A DNA stretch of 64,000 nucleotides from NCBI GenBank assembly GCA_017509155.1, contig JAFWQE010000024.1, positions 55,250 to 119,249 of the forward strand. Direction: 5' to 3'. The position numbers and the translations under genes were made by a program. Within the stretch, counting starts at the first letter, position 1, and the number at the start of each line of letters is the position of its first letter. The notes below the pieces were generated by a model. It was given only the letters and a program-made list of their open reading frames with translations, did no database searches and was not told the DNA's origin. Shown in pieces: positions 44,169-54,000 of this stretch. The DNA is from Prevotella sp. (GTDB lineage Bacteria > Bacteroidota > Bacteroidia > Bacteroidales > Bacteroidaceae).

Positions 44169-46685
44169 TTATCCCATGATGACTTCCACCTGATGCTTGC
44201 CTTCTGTGGCGGGAACCACGTTGTCGCTGATGGCTTTTCCATCCACGGCGATGCTCTTCACACCTTTCTGAACGCCGTTGGGGTTCTTCACCGTGATGAC
44301 ATATTCGCCTCCGCGGAACTTGCGGCAGACGGTGTACTCCTTGGCCGACTGCGGTACACACGGGTCAATGAGCAGTCCGTCGTAGGTGGGCTTGATGCCG
44401 AGGATGAACTGTGTGATGGTGTACCAGTTCCAGGCTGCCGTACCCGTGAGCCACGAGTTCTTGCCCTCTCCGGGACGGGCAGCGTCCTTGCCGGCCACCA
44501 TCTGCGAGTAGACGTATGGCTCCACCTTGTGCAGCGTTTGGTCCTTGATGAATGCAGGGCAGATCTTTGCGTAGTGCTCCCAGGCATCATTGCCGCGACC
44601 CACCACCGTCTCGCCGATGATGACCCACGGATTGTTGTGGCAGAAGATGCCGGCATTCTCCTTGTAACCGGCGGGATAGCTCGAAATCTCTCCCATCTCC
44701 ACGTAGTAGCGCGTGAAGGCCGGGTTGTTCAATACGATGCCATGCTCCGAGTCGAGATACTTCTTCGTGCTGTCGAGCGCCTTGTCCACCATGCCTTCCT
44801 CCTTGCCGATGCCGGCCATGGTGCACCAACCCTGACTCTCAATGAATATCTTTCCTTCCTCGTTTTCGTGCGATCCAATCTTGTTGCCGTAGAAATCGTA
44901 GGCGCGCAGATACCATTCGCCGTCCCATCCGTACTGCTTCACGGCATCAATCATGGCGTTGACTTCCTTTTCGGCGCGTTTGGCCTCGTCGTTCTTCTTC
45001 AGCTGTCGGCATAGTTCGATGTAGTCGTTTCCGCAGACAACGAACAGGCCGGCAATCATCAGCGACTCGGCCTTTGAGCCTTCGGTCTTGTTCTCTGTCG
45101 TCTGGAAGCTCTCGTTCGGGTCCCACGAGAAGCAGTTCAGGTTGAGACAGTCGTTCCAGTCTGCACGTCCGATGAGCGGCAACTTGTGGGGACCGAGATT
45201 CTCAACCACGTGGTTGAACGAGATGCGCAGGTGCTCAAAGAGGCTTACCTCGGTGCCAGGCTCGTTGTCCCAGGGCACCATCTCGTCGAGGATGGAGAAG
45301 TCGCCCGTCTCTTTGATGTAGGCCACGGTGCCGAAGATGAGCCACATCGGGTCGTCGTTGAAACCGCCGCCGATGTCGTTGTTGCCTCGCTTGGTGAGCG
45401 GTTGGTACTGATGATAGCAGCCTCCGTCTGGGAACTGCGTCGAGGCGATGTCGATGATGCGCTGGCGAGCACGGCTCGGTATCTGGTGGACAAAGCCCAC
45501 AAGGTCCTGGTTGGAGTCGCGGAAACCCATGCCTCGGCCTATGCCGCTCTCGAAGAAACTGGCCGAGCGCGAGAAGTTGAATGTCACCATGCACTGGTAT
45601 TGGTTCCAGATGTTCACCATGCGGTCCAGGCGCTCGTTGCCGCTCTTCACTGAATAGCGGTCGAGAAGGTCGTCCCAGTAGGCGCACAGTTGTTTAAAGG
45701 CAGCATCCACTTTCTCAACCGTGTTGAACTCTTCGATCAGTTCGCGCGCCTTTACCTTATTTATAATAGTATGGTCCAGCTCACCAAGTGAAGTGATCAG
45801 TTCCCCTCCTAAACAGGAGGGGCTGGGGGAAGTCTTCTCATATTTTTCTTCTTGTGGCATCTCCACATAGCCGAGCACGAACACAAGCTCGCGTACTTCG
45901 CCCGGTTCCAGCTCCATCTCGATGTAGTGGGATGCGATGGGGCTCCATCCATGTGCCACCGAGTTCTTGGGCTTGCCCTCCATCACCACATCGGGATTGG
46001 CGAACTCGTTGTAGAGACCTATGAACGATTCGCGGTCGGTGTCGAAGCCCTGGATGGGCGTATTCACCGCGTAGAAGGCGAAATGGTTGCGGCGTTCCTT
46101 GTACTCCGTCTTGTGATAGATCACCGAACCGTCTATCTCCACCTCTCCCGTCGAGAAGTTGCGCTGGAAGTTCTCCATGTCCGTGGCGGCGTTCCACAGG
46201 CACCACTCGGCCAGCGAGAACAGCTTCAGCCGTTTCACCTTGTCGCCCTCGTTGATGAGTGTCAGCTTCTGAATCTCACACCATTTCCCGAGTGGCACGA
46301 AGAAGAGCACCTCGGCCGACAAGTCGTTCTTCTTTCCCGTGATGCGCGTGTAGCTCATGCCGTGGCGGCACTCATACGAGTCGAGCTCCGTCTTGCAAGG
46401 CTTCCAGCCAGGGTTCCAGATGGTGGGAGCATCCCCAGAGTCACCTTCTTCCCTGATGTAGAAATACCTTCCACCGTTGTCCATCGGCACGCCGTTGTAG
46501 CGGTAGCGCGTGATGCGGCGGAACTTTGCATCCTTGAAGAACGAATAGCCGCCTGCTGTGTTCGAGATGAGTGAGAAGAAATCTTCATTGCCTAGATAGT
46601 TAATCCAGGGCCACGGAGTCCGGGGGTCCGTGATGACATATTCTCTGTTCGCGTCATCGAAATGTCCGTAAATCTTGTTTTCCAT
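44169..46685 (-). CDS. Cellobiose phosphorylase, GH94
   Basis: [77 protein letters not shown]. Confidence 0.92.
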   Translation of the reverse strand: MENKIYGHFDDANREYVITDPRTPWPWINYLGNEDFFSLISNTAGGYSFFKDAKFRRITRYRYNGVPMDNGGRYFYIREEGDSGDAPTIWNPGWKPCKTELDSYECRHGMSYTRITGKKNDLSAEVLFFVPLGKWCEIQKLTLINEGDKVKRLKLFSLAEWCLWNAATDMENFQRNFSTGEVEIDGSVIYHKTEYKERRNHFAFYAVNTPIQGFDTDRESFIGLYNEFANPDVVMEGKPKNSVAHGWSPIASHYIEMELEPGEVRELVFVLGYVEMPQEEKYEKTSPSPSCLGGELITSLGELDHTIINKVKARELIEEFNTVEKVDAAFKQLCAYWDDLLDRYSVKSGNERLDRMVNIWNQYQCMVTFNFSRSASFFESGIGRGMGFRDSNQDLVGFVHQIPSRARQRIIDIASTQFPDGGCYHQYQPLTKRGNNDIGGGFNDDPMWLIFGTVAYIKETGDFSILDEMVPWDNEPGTEVSLFEHLRISFNHVVENLGPHKLPLIGRADWNDCLNLNCFSWDPNESFQTTENKTEGSKAESLMIAGLFVVCGNDYIELCRQLKKNDEAKRAEKEVNAMIDAVKQYGWDGEWYLRAYDFYGNKIGSHENEEGKIFIESQGWCTMAGIGKEEGMVDKALDSTKKYLDSEHGIVLNNPAFTRYYVEMGEISSYPAGYKENAGIFCHNNPWVIIGETVVGRGNDAWEHYAKICPAFIKDQTLHKVEPYVYSQMVAGKDAARPGEGKNSWLTGTAAWNWYTITQFILGIKPTYDGLLIDPCVPQSAKEYTVCRKFRGGEYVITVKNPNGVQKGVKSIAVDGKAISDNVVPATEGKHQVEVIMG

Positions 46686-46720
46686 TTTAGAAATTCTTGT
46701 TTGATAATATAAATGTGTTG

Positions 46721-46801
46721 CAAAGATACGTATTTTATGTATAATAGCATAATACTTTTTTGTTCTTTCGTTATACTTTTTCGTTTTTTGTTGTACCTTT
46801 G
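46721..46801. promoter_or_regulatory. Divergent -7 boxes with a 21-bp-spaced direct repeat between them
   Basis: TATCTTTG on the minus strand at 46721-46728; TACCTTTG on the plus strand at 46794-46801; ATACTTTTT(T/C)GTT at 46752 and 46773. Confidence 0.6.
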
Positions 46802-46833
46802 CACACAATTTTCATCTTTTAGCAAAGAAAAAC

Positions 46834-49800
46834 ATGAAGAATGTATTCGTCGGCACCATCGTGCTCGCCATCTCGTTTCTCGTCTTTCCCTTGTCGGCTC
46901 ACGCGGGCAAGGCGTGGATTGATGTCACATCACAGTATCTGAACAACCCTTCATTCGACGGCAACTCCAAAGACGGATGGACGGCAACCGGTTATTATTC
47001 CAAGCAGGACGTGCAGTATGGCTGCATGGAATTCTGGAACGGAACGTTCACACTCGCTCAGCAACTGTCCTCACTCCCCGCTGGCAAGTATCGTCTGCAT
47101 GTGCAGGGATTTTTCCGCACCACAGGCAACGATGCAGCCTACCAGTCGCACCGAAACGGTTCGGAGTCCATCACGGCATACCTCTATGCAGGCACGGCGC
47201 AGAAGAAACTCCACAGTGTCTACGACGAGGAGTTCGGAGCCAACCTTGCCAACAACTGCTGGGCCTATGGCAACTGGTGGGAGGGCTACCGCTATTTCCC
47301 CAACGGCATGGCCAGCGCCCACGAGGCATTCAGTCAGGACTGCTATTGGAACACTGTCGAGTTTGAGCTCACTGCTGACCAGCCTGTCACCGTCGGCATC
47401 AAGAACGAAACGGCCAAGAACGACAACTGGTGCATCTTCGACAACTTCCGTCTCGAGTATTATGGCGACGTTTCCGACCCGTCGGCTGACAATCTTGAGA
47501 TCAACGAAGTCATGGCTGCCAACATCGACATGTTTTGGAGTCCGGTCACCAACTTCAACGGCTGGGCAGAGGTTCACAACCTGTCGTCCGTTCCCGTGCA
47601 GTTGGGCGGATGCTATCTCGACGATGGCACCGCCGGTTCTCTTCGCTGGCGCATTCCCGACGACTATGCCGTGGTGCCGGCAGGTGGCTATGCCTTGCTG
47701 TGGTTCGACGACAACGCTCTTTCGCCCCGACAGGTTCCCTTTAAGCTCGACACCGATGGCGCGAAGCTCTGTCTCTACGATCCGCAAGGACAGCTCATCT
47801 CGTCGGTCTCCTATCCTGCTGCCGTCACTCGCACGTCGTATGCCCGCTCCATGGAGAATCCCACGGAATGGCTGCTGACAGGACAGCCCACCCCGGGCAC
47901 CGCCAACCAAGGCCTCCTTCCGCTCTCGGCTCAGTTGCCTTTGCCCGAGATAAGCACCGAGTCTAGAATCTTCAGCGGCACGCTGACGTTCACTGTAACG
48001 GCGCCCATGGGCACTACCTTGCGCTTCACCACTGACGGCTCCACACCAACGCTCTCTAACGGCACCACTGCACCGCCGCAGACGGAGAACGGCCATCAGC
48101 GCTATGACTTCTCGGCCATTAACAACACCAACTATCGTTTCCGTCTCTTTAAGGACGGAAGTCTGCCCAGCGATGTGGCCACCCGCACGTTCATCAAGGC
48201 CACCAACAACTACACCGTTCCCGTGGTGTCCATCGTCACCGACCCCGACTATCTCTATGGAAACACCCACGGCGTGTTTGTGAAGGGCACCAACGGAAGG
48301 CCTGGTCGTGGACAGTCGCAGCCCTGCAACTGGAACATGGACTGGGAGCGCCCCGTGTCGTTCACGCTGCTCTCTCCCTCTGGACAGTTCGAGTTCGCGC
48401 AGGACGTTTCCCTTTCCACTTGCGGAGGATGGAGCCGTGCTTGGGAACCTCATTCGTTCAAACTCAAGGGAAACAAGGTGTTTGGCACCAGTAAGACGCT
48501 CGACTATCCCTTCTTCACGCAGAAACCTTACATCCGCAACCGCACACTCCAGATGCGAAATGGCGGCAACGACAACGTCTGCCGATTCAAGGATCCTGCG
48601 CTCGAGACCATGATATTGCGCTCGGGCATCGACCTCGATGCGCAGAGCTATCAGCCCGTCGTACACTATATCAATGGCAAGTACATCGGCGTCATCAACA
48701 TGCGTGAGCCCAACAACAAGCACTTCGTGTTTGCCAACCGCGGATGGGATGACGACGAGATAGACCTCTTCGAGATGGATGCTGACTCGGGCTATGTGCA
48801 GAAGTGCGGCACACCCGACAGCTTTAACCGCCTCTATAACCTCTCGCAGCATGTCAACGAGGAGGGGGTCTACAACGAGATTTGTCAGATGCTCGACATC
48901 GATGAGTATATCAACTACATGGCCGCAATGCTCTATCTTGGCGGCGACGACTGGCCTCAGAACAACATCAAGGGCTACACGCGACACGATGGGCGGTTCC
49001 GCTTCGTAAGTTTCGACCAGGACTTCGCCTTCAACCAGTCGGACCCCTTCACCACGTTCTTCAACAAGCAGAACTACACCTTCGCCTGGCTCTACGACAA
49101 GCAGACGCAATACCGGCAGGAAATACGCATGGTCACCCTCTTCAAGAACCTGCTCAACAACGACGGTTTCCGCCGCCGTTTCATCGATGCCTTCTGCATC
49201 ATGGGCGGCAGCGTGTTCGAGGCCACTCGCGCCAAAGCCATCATCGACGAGCTGGCCAACGCCATTGCTCCCATGATGAAGTTCGAGAACGGTTCGCCGT
49301 GGAACACCGCCAACGACATGAAGAATCGCTTCTCCAACTGGGTGTCAACCGTCACCAGCTCGCTCAAGCGCAACAGCCACTTCAAACTGTCATCGGTCAC
49401 CATGCAGACAGCACGTCTCTCCACCTCAACGCCGGGCGCAACGCTCTTCATCAACGACATCGAAGTGCCCTACGCCGATTTCAACGGTCGTCTCTTTGCC
49501 CCTGTCACGCTACGCGCCGAGGCGCCGGCGGGCTACACCTTCAGCGGATGGAAGAACACCTCTACTGGAGAAATCTACTCCTACGAAGCTGAGACCACCA
49601 TGCCTACAGGAAACTTCAGCCTCACCGCCACCTTCTCACCTTCTCCCTCCCTAGACAGGGAGGGGTGGGGAGGGTCTCCCATTGTCATCAATGAGGTCAG
49701 CGCCTCTAACGACTCCTACGTCAACGACTACTACAAGCGTGCCGACTGGATTGAGCTCTACAACACCACCGCCGAGCCAGTCTCACTCGAAGGCCTATAC

Positions 49801-50430
49801 CTCAGCGACGACCCGTCCAACCCTCACAAGTACCGCCTGCAGCTTCCCGACCCCTCTCAGTCCTCAGCTCTCAGTTCTCAGTTGGCCCCCTTCTCTCATC
49901 TCATTGTTTGGTGCGACAAGAAAGCCCCGGTCTCGCAGCCGCACACCGCGTTCAAGCTTAGCGATGATGGAGGGGAACTTGTCGTCACGGCAGCCGACGA
50001 TTCCTGGTCGTCTGTCATCCGTTATCCCGCCCACGACATGGACCACACCGTGGCACGCTATCCCGATGGAGCTGCCACCGTCTACATCACCAACGTGCCC
50101 ACCATCGGCAAACGCAATGTGCGCACCAGCTATCTCGTGGAGACTGAACAGGAGCCCAACGGCATCACGCTCCACTCCCTTGGGGAGGGGCAGGGGGTGG
50201 GTCTCAGCGTCCGCTACATCGTTGACCGTCTCATCGTAGAGACCGTCACTCGTGCGCAAGGCAGCATCCTTATCCTCGATACCGCAGGAAGACAGGTCTA
50301 CGCCACCACAAGTACAATGGAGCAAGGGCGCAACGAAATCATCGTGCCAGCCCTGCCGCGAGGCTATTATGTAGCCAAAGTGGAGGCAGGCGGAAAACGT
50401 GCCACCTGCAAGATGGTCGTGACAAAATAA
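46834..50430 (+). CDS. Secreted CotH-kinase-family protein with lamin-tail-like domains and T9SS-like C-terminus
   Basis: INEV..N / W(A/I)E..N LTD motifs (twice), FTTDGSTP, WERP, RNGGND, YINGKYIG..RE, DWPQNNI, FDQDFAF; ends LPRGYYV..KMVVTK. Confidence 0.85.
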   Translation: MKNVFVGTIVLAISFLVFPLSAHAGKAWIDVTSQYLNNPSFDGNSKDGWTATGYYSKQDVQYGCMEFWNGTFTLAQQLSSLPAGKYRLHVQGFFRTTGNDAAYQSHRNGSESITAYLYAGTAQKKLHSVYDEEFGANLANNCWAYGNWWEGYRYFPNGMASAHEAFSQDCYWNTVEFELTADQPVTVGIKNETAKNDNWCIFDNFRLEYYGDVSDPSADNLEINEVMAANIDMFWSPVTNFNGWAEVHNLSSVPVQLGGCYLDDGTAGSLRWRIPDDYAVVPAGGYALLWFDDNALSPRQVPFKLDTDGAKLCLYDPQGQLISSVSYPAAVTRTSYARSMENPTEWLLTGQPTPGTANQGLLPLSAQLPLPEISTESRIFSGTLTFTVTAPMGTTLRFTTDGSTPTLSNGTTAPPQTENGHQRYDFSAINNTNYRFRLFKDGSLPSDVATRTFIKATNNYTVPVVSIVTDPDYLYGNTHGVFVKGTNGRPGRGQSQPCNWNMDWERPVSFTLLSPSGQFEFAQDVSLSTCGGWSRAWEPHSFKLKGNKVFGTSKTLDYPFFTQKPYIRNRTLQMRNGGNDNVCRFKDPALETMILRSGIDLDAQSYQPVVHYINGKYIGVINMREPNNKHFVFANRGWDDDEIDLFEMDADSGYVQKCGTPDSFNRLYNLSQHVNEEGVYNEICQMLDIDEYINYMAAMLYLGGDDWPQNNIKGYTRHDGRFRFVSFDQDFAFNQSDPFTTFFNKQNYTFAWLYDKQTQYRQEIRMVTLFKNLLNNDGFRRRFIDAFCIMGGSVFEATRAKAIIDELANAIAPMMKFENGSPWNTANDMKNRFSNWVSTVTSSLKRNSHFKLSSVTMQTARLSTSTPGATLFINDIEVPYADFNGRLFAPVTLRAEAPAGYTFSGWKNTSTGEIYSYEAETTMPTGNFSLTATFSPSPSLDREGWGGSPIVINEVSASNDSYVNDYYKRADWIELYNTTAEPVSLEGLYLSDDPSNPHKYRLQLPDPSQSSALSSQLAPFSHLIVWCDKKAPVSQPHTAFKLSDDGGELVVTAADDSWSSVIRYPAHDMDHTVARYPDGAATVYITNVPTIGKRNVRTSYLVETEQEPNGITLHSLGEGQGVGLSVRYIVDRLIVETVTRAQGSILILDTAGRQVYATTSTMEQGRNEIIVPALPRGYYVAKVEAGGKRATCKMVVTK

Positions 50431-50457
50431 AAGCAGGAAACAAGCCAGGACGCAAAG

Positions 50458-50514
50458 ACACGAAGGCACAAACAGTTGCTCTGATGGTAAACTATTTGTG
50501 CCTTCGTGTTTTTT
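50458..50514 (+). terminator. Hairpin with T-run after CotH gene
   Basis: ACACGAAGGCACAAA / TTTGTGCCTTCGTGT, a 15-bp perfect stem, then TTTTT. Confidence 0.65.
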
Positions 50515-50721
50515 GTGCTTGTATATGTGCGTTCAGCTTGCACCCCCAAAGGTCATCAGACTCCAAACCAGTGTGGTGATGTCTGCAAAAAATGCGAAAA
50601 GAGTAGGGGAAATGTGTTCGTAGAACAGGCTTTTTGCTTGTTTGTGTTTATTGTGTTAAGTTGTTGTTTCTCATTGATTTATGGTCGAAAGGTGTAGTCC
50701 TTGTTGAGTGGCGCTGTTGGC

Positions 50722-50940
50722 GGACTGGAGTCCCGACGGCAAAAGGACTGCTGTCGTTTGGCGTCGGGACTCGAGTAGTATGGCGTGCGGACTCGTGTAG
50801 TATGGCGCGCGGACTCCTTCCGTCTGACACAGAGACAAAGGAGGCTTCTTAAGAGAGGCAAAAAAAGACGGCAGATAAAGTGAAAAAAGACGCCAAATAA
50901 AATGAAAAAAACTGGCAGAAAAAAGTTGGAAACCTGGCGT
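50722..50940. repeat. Two adjacent 22-bp-period arrays
   Basis: GGACT at 50722, 50745, 50767, 50789, 50811; GGCAG-like motifs at 50870, 50892, 50914, 50936. Confidence 0.75.
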
Positions 50941-51011
50941 GGGAGAACAGTGGTGTTGGTTCGTCGTTGGTTAATGTTTCTTACGCTTTATAAAGAAAAA
51001 CGAAAGAATGC

Positions 51012-51042
51012 TTTGCCGTATGCAAGATTTTTCGTATCTTTG
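51012..51042 (+). promoter_or_regulatory. sigma-A promoter for A2M operon
   Basis: TTTG, 19-nt spacer, TATCTTTG. Confidence 0.65.
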
Positions 51043-51076
51043 CGTTTGAATAGGTGAAACCAAAACACTTTGCCTT

Positions 51077-54000
51077 ATGAAAAATGGAATCTTAACTTGG
51101 ATAATCGTTTTAATGCTTATGCCAACGATAGCGATGGCCGACGGCTACGACAAAATGTGGAACCGCGTGGAGCAAGCCGAAGAAAAGGATTTGCCCAAGA
51201 CGCAGATGGAAGAGCTCGAGAAAATTGTGAAGCGCGCCAAGCAGCACGGCGACTACGGTCATCTGCTCAAAGCACAGCTCATGTACTCGGGGCTCGAGGT
51301 GGAACTGACGCCCGACAGCGCGAAGAAAGCCTTCGGACTGCTGGAGGAGACAGCAAAGCAGCTGGAGACCAAAGACAAGGTGGGCGCCGCCATCTACTGG
51401 GCGGTGCTTGGAAAACTGTTTGCCGAAAACTACGAGTCGTTTGACCCGAACATCGGCTATCGCGAAGCGCACGAACGCAGCAAAATCTATTTTGCGAAGG
51501 CACTGGCCGACCCCGCACTGCTGGCAAAAGAGAAGGCAAAAGTGCTTAAACCCGCCATCGAGGAAGGCCCCGACAGCTACATCTTTGGCGACGACCTGCT
51601 GAGCGTGGTGTGCATGATGGCCGATGATGACGACTTGATGTACAAATGGTACAACGAACACGGGCCACGCACGGCAGCGCTCTACACATCGCTGCAGCAT
51701 CTCGAGAACTCGTCGATAAGCTATTCGCGAACGTTCGAGAACAGCCCCTACATAGCCAAGCTCGACTCGCTCATCAGCCTCTACGGCGACTTGCCGGAAT
51801 GCGGACAGGTGGGACTGGCGCGCTACTACGCCATTGAGCGATGCAGCGACCTGACGCAGAACCAGAAAATTGCCTACATGGACGAGACGCTGGAGCGATG
51901 GAAACACTGGCCCGGCATTGCAGAGCTGAGGAACAATCGCACGCGCAGAACAAACCCGGAGTTTGAAGTGGAGGTACAGACCGACCTGCAACTGGTGGGG
52001 AAGACCACGCAGGTGAAGGTGACGTCGGCGAGAAACATATCGCAGCTGAAGGTCACCATCAGCCGACTCAACCTGGAGCAGCCACAGTTATACAGCATCC
52101 AGACGAGCAACCAGCTCAACAAGGTGATGGAGTGCATCGTGCCAGGACAGCAGCAGGTGCTGACGCGCAACTACCAGCCGGAAAACGAGTTCGTGTCGCT
52201 GAAGGACACCTTCCAGCTGCCGGCACTCGAACCGGGCAACTATCTGCTGGAGTTCTCCACCGACAAAGACGAGATAGAAAAGGAGTATCAGCTCTACGAT
52301 GTGTCGGACGTGTTCCTCCTGCGCGAGGACCTGCCGTCCATGAAGACACGCTTCGCCGTGGTCAGCGCCACGACGGGACATCCGTTGCCGGGAGCCAACG
52401 TCGTGGTCTACTACCGCATTAGTTCGAACAATATTACCAGCCAGACGTTTGCGTGCAATGAGGAGGGAGAGGTCATTGTCTCCACGGATCACGACAGACA
52501 GGGAGAGGCCTTCTGGGCCTATACCGCCAACGACCGCTTCATGCCGGCTCTTACCAGGAGCAACGGGCGATACTATCAGTATTCGCAAAGAGGGGAGAAG
52601 CAGGTCAACAAGGTGCAGATATTCACCGACCGTGCCATCTATCGTCCCGGACAGACCGTTCATGTGTCGATGCTGGCGTTCAGCACGGCCAACGGATGGA
52701 CAACCTCGGTGTGTGCCGACAGCAAGCTGAAGCTCAGTCTGAACGACGCCAACGGCAAGATGGTGGAGAGCGTGGAGCTGACCACCGACGAGTTCGGTAG
52801 TGCCGAGGCCGACTTCAAGTTGCCTGCCAACGGATTGACGGGCCTGTTCACCCTCAGGGTGGACAACCCATGGACACGCCAGACGCTGCGCGTGGAGGAA
52901 TACAAGCGACCCACGTTTGAGGTGGAGTTCGATGAATACAAGGAACGCTATGAGGCCGGCGAGACCATCAAGCTGAAGGGACATGCCCGCTCCTATGCCG
53001 GAGTGCCCGTTCAGGGCGCCAAGGTGAAGTACGCCATCAGGCGCGGACTGTCGTGGTGGTACTGGTGGCGCGACAGAGGCGACGGCGAAATGCTCAGCGA
53101 AGGCGAGGCCACGACAGCCGACGACGGATCGTTTGAGGTGCCTATGAAACTCGACCTGCCCAGCAGCGACTACTACATCTACACATTTACGGCCAAGGCC
53201 GAAGTGACCGACCTGGGCGGCGAGAGCCACGAAGGCGAAATCAGCATCCCGCTTGGAAGAAAGTCGACGTCGTTCTATTGCAACATTCCCGACAAATCGG
53301 AGAAGGTGAAGCTGAAAACCGTCACTTTCTCGCGAAGGAATGCGGCTGGAGCGGAAATCGACGGCGACGTGGAATACACCATCGACAACGGTCCCAAGTG
53401 CAAGGTTAAGGCCAACCAGCCTGTGGACATCATGGCCAGCAAACTGCCTTCCGGCAAGCACGTGCTGAACGCTGTGTGTGGCACCGACACGCTGGAGACC
53501 AGCTTCATCTTGTTCTCGCTCGACGACCAACGCCCATGCGTGGAGACGCACGACTGGTTCTACAAGACCGATGACAAGTTCCCTCTCGACCCGAAGGGTG
53601 ACCCCGTGGCCGTGCAGATTGGAACAAGCGACGAAGACACCTATGTGCTGTACAACGTGATTGCCGACGACAAGGTGGTGGAAAGCGGACACTTCTTGCT
53701 CGACAACGCCGTGAAGACCTTCCGCTACAAGTATAAGGAAGAATATGGAACGGGTCTCCTGCTCACCTATTCGTGGGTGAAGGACGGCCAGCACTACACG
53801 CATACGACCACCATTGCTCGCCATGAGCCCGACAAGTCGCTGAAGATGGAGTGGACTACCTTCCGCGATAAGCTGAAACCCGGACAGAAGGAACAGTGGA
53901 GCCTCCGCGTGAAGCGACCTGACGGAAAAGTGGTGCCCGCACAGATCGTTGCCACCATGTACGACAAGTCGCTCGACCAGCTTGCGAACCTTGCATGGAC

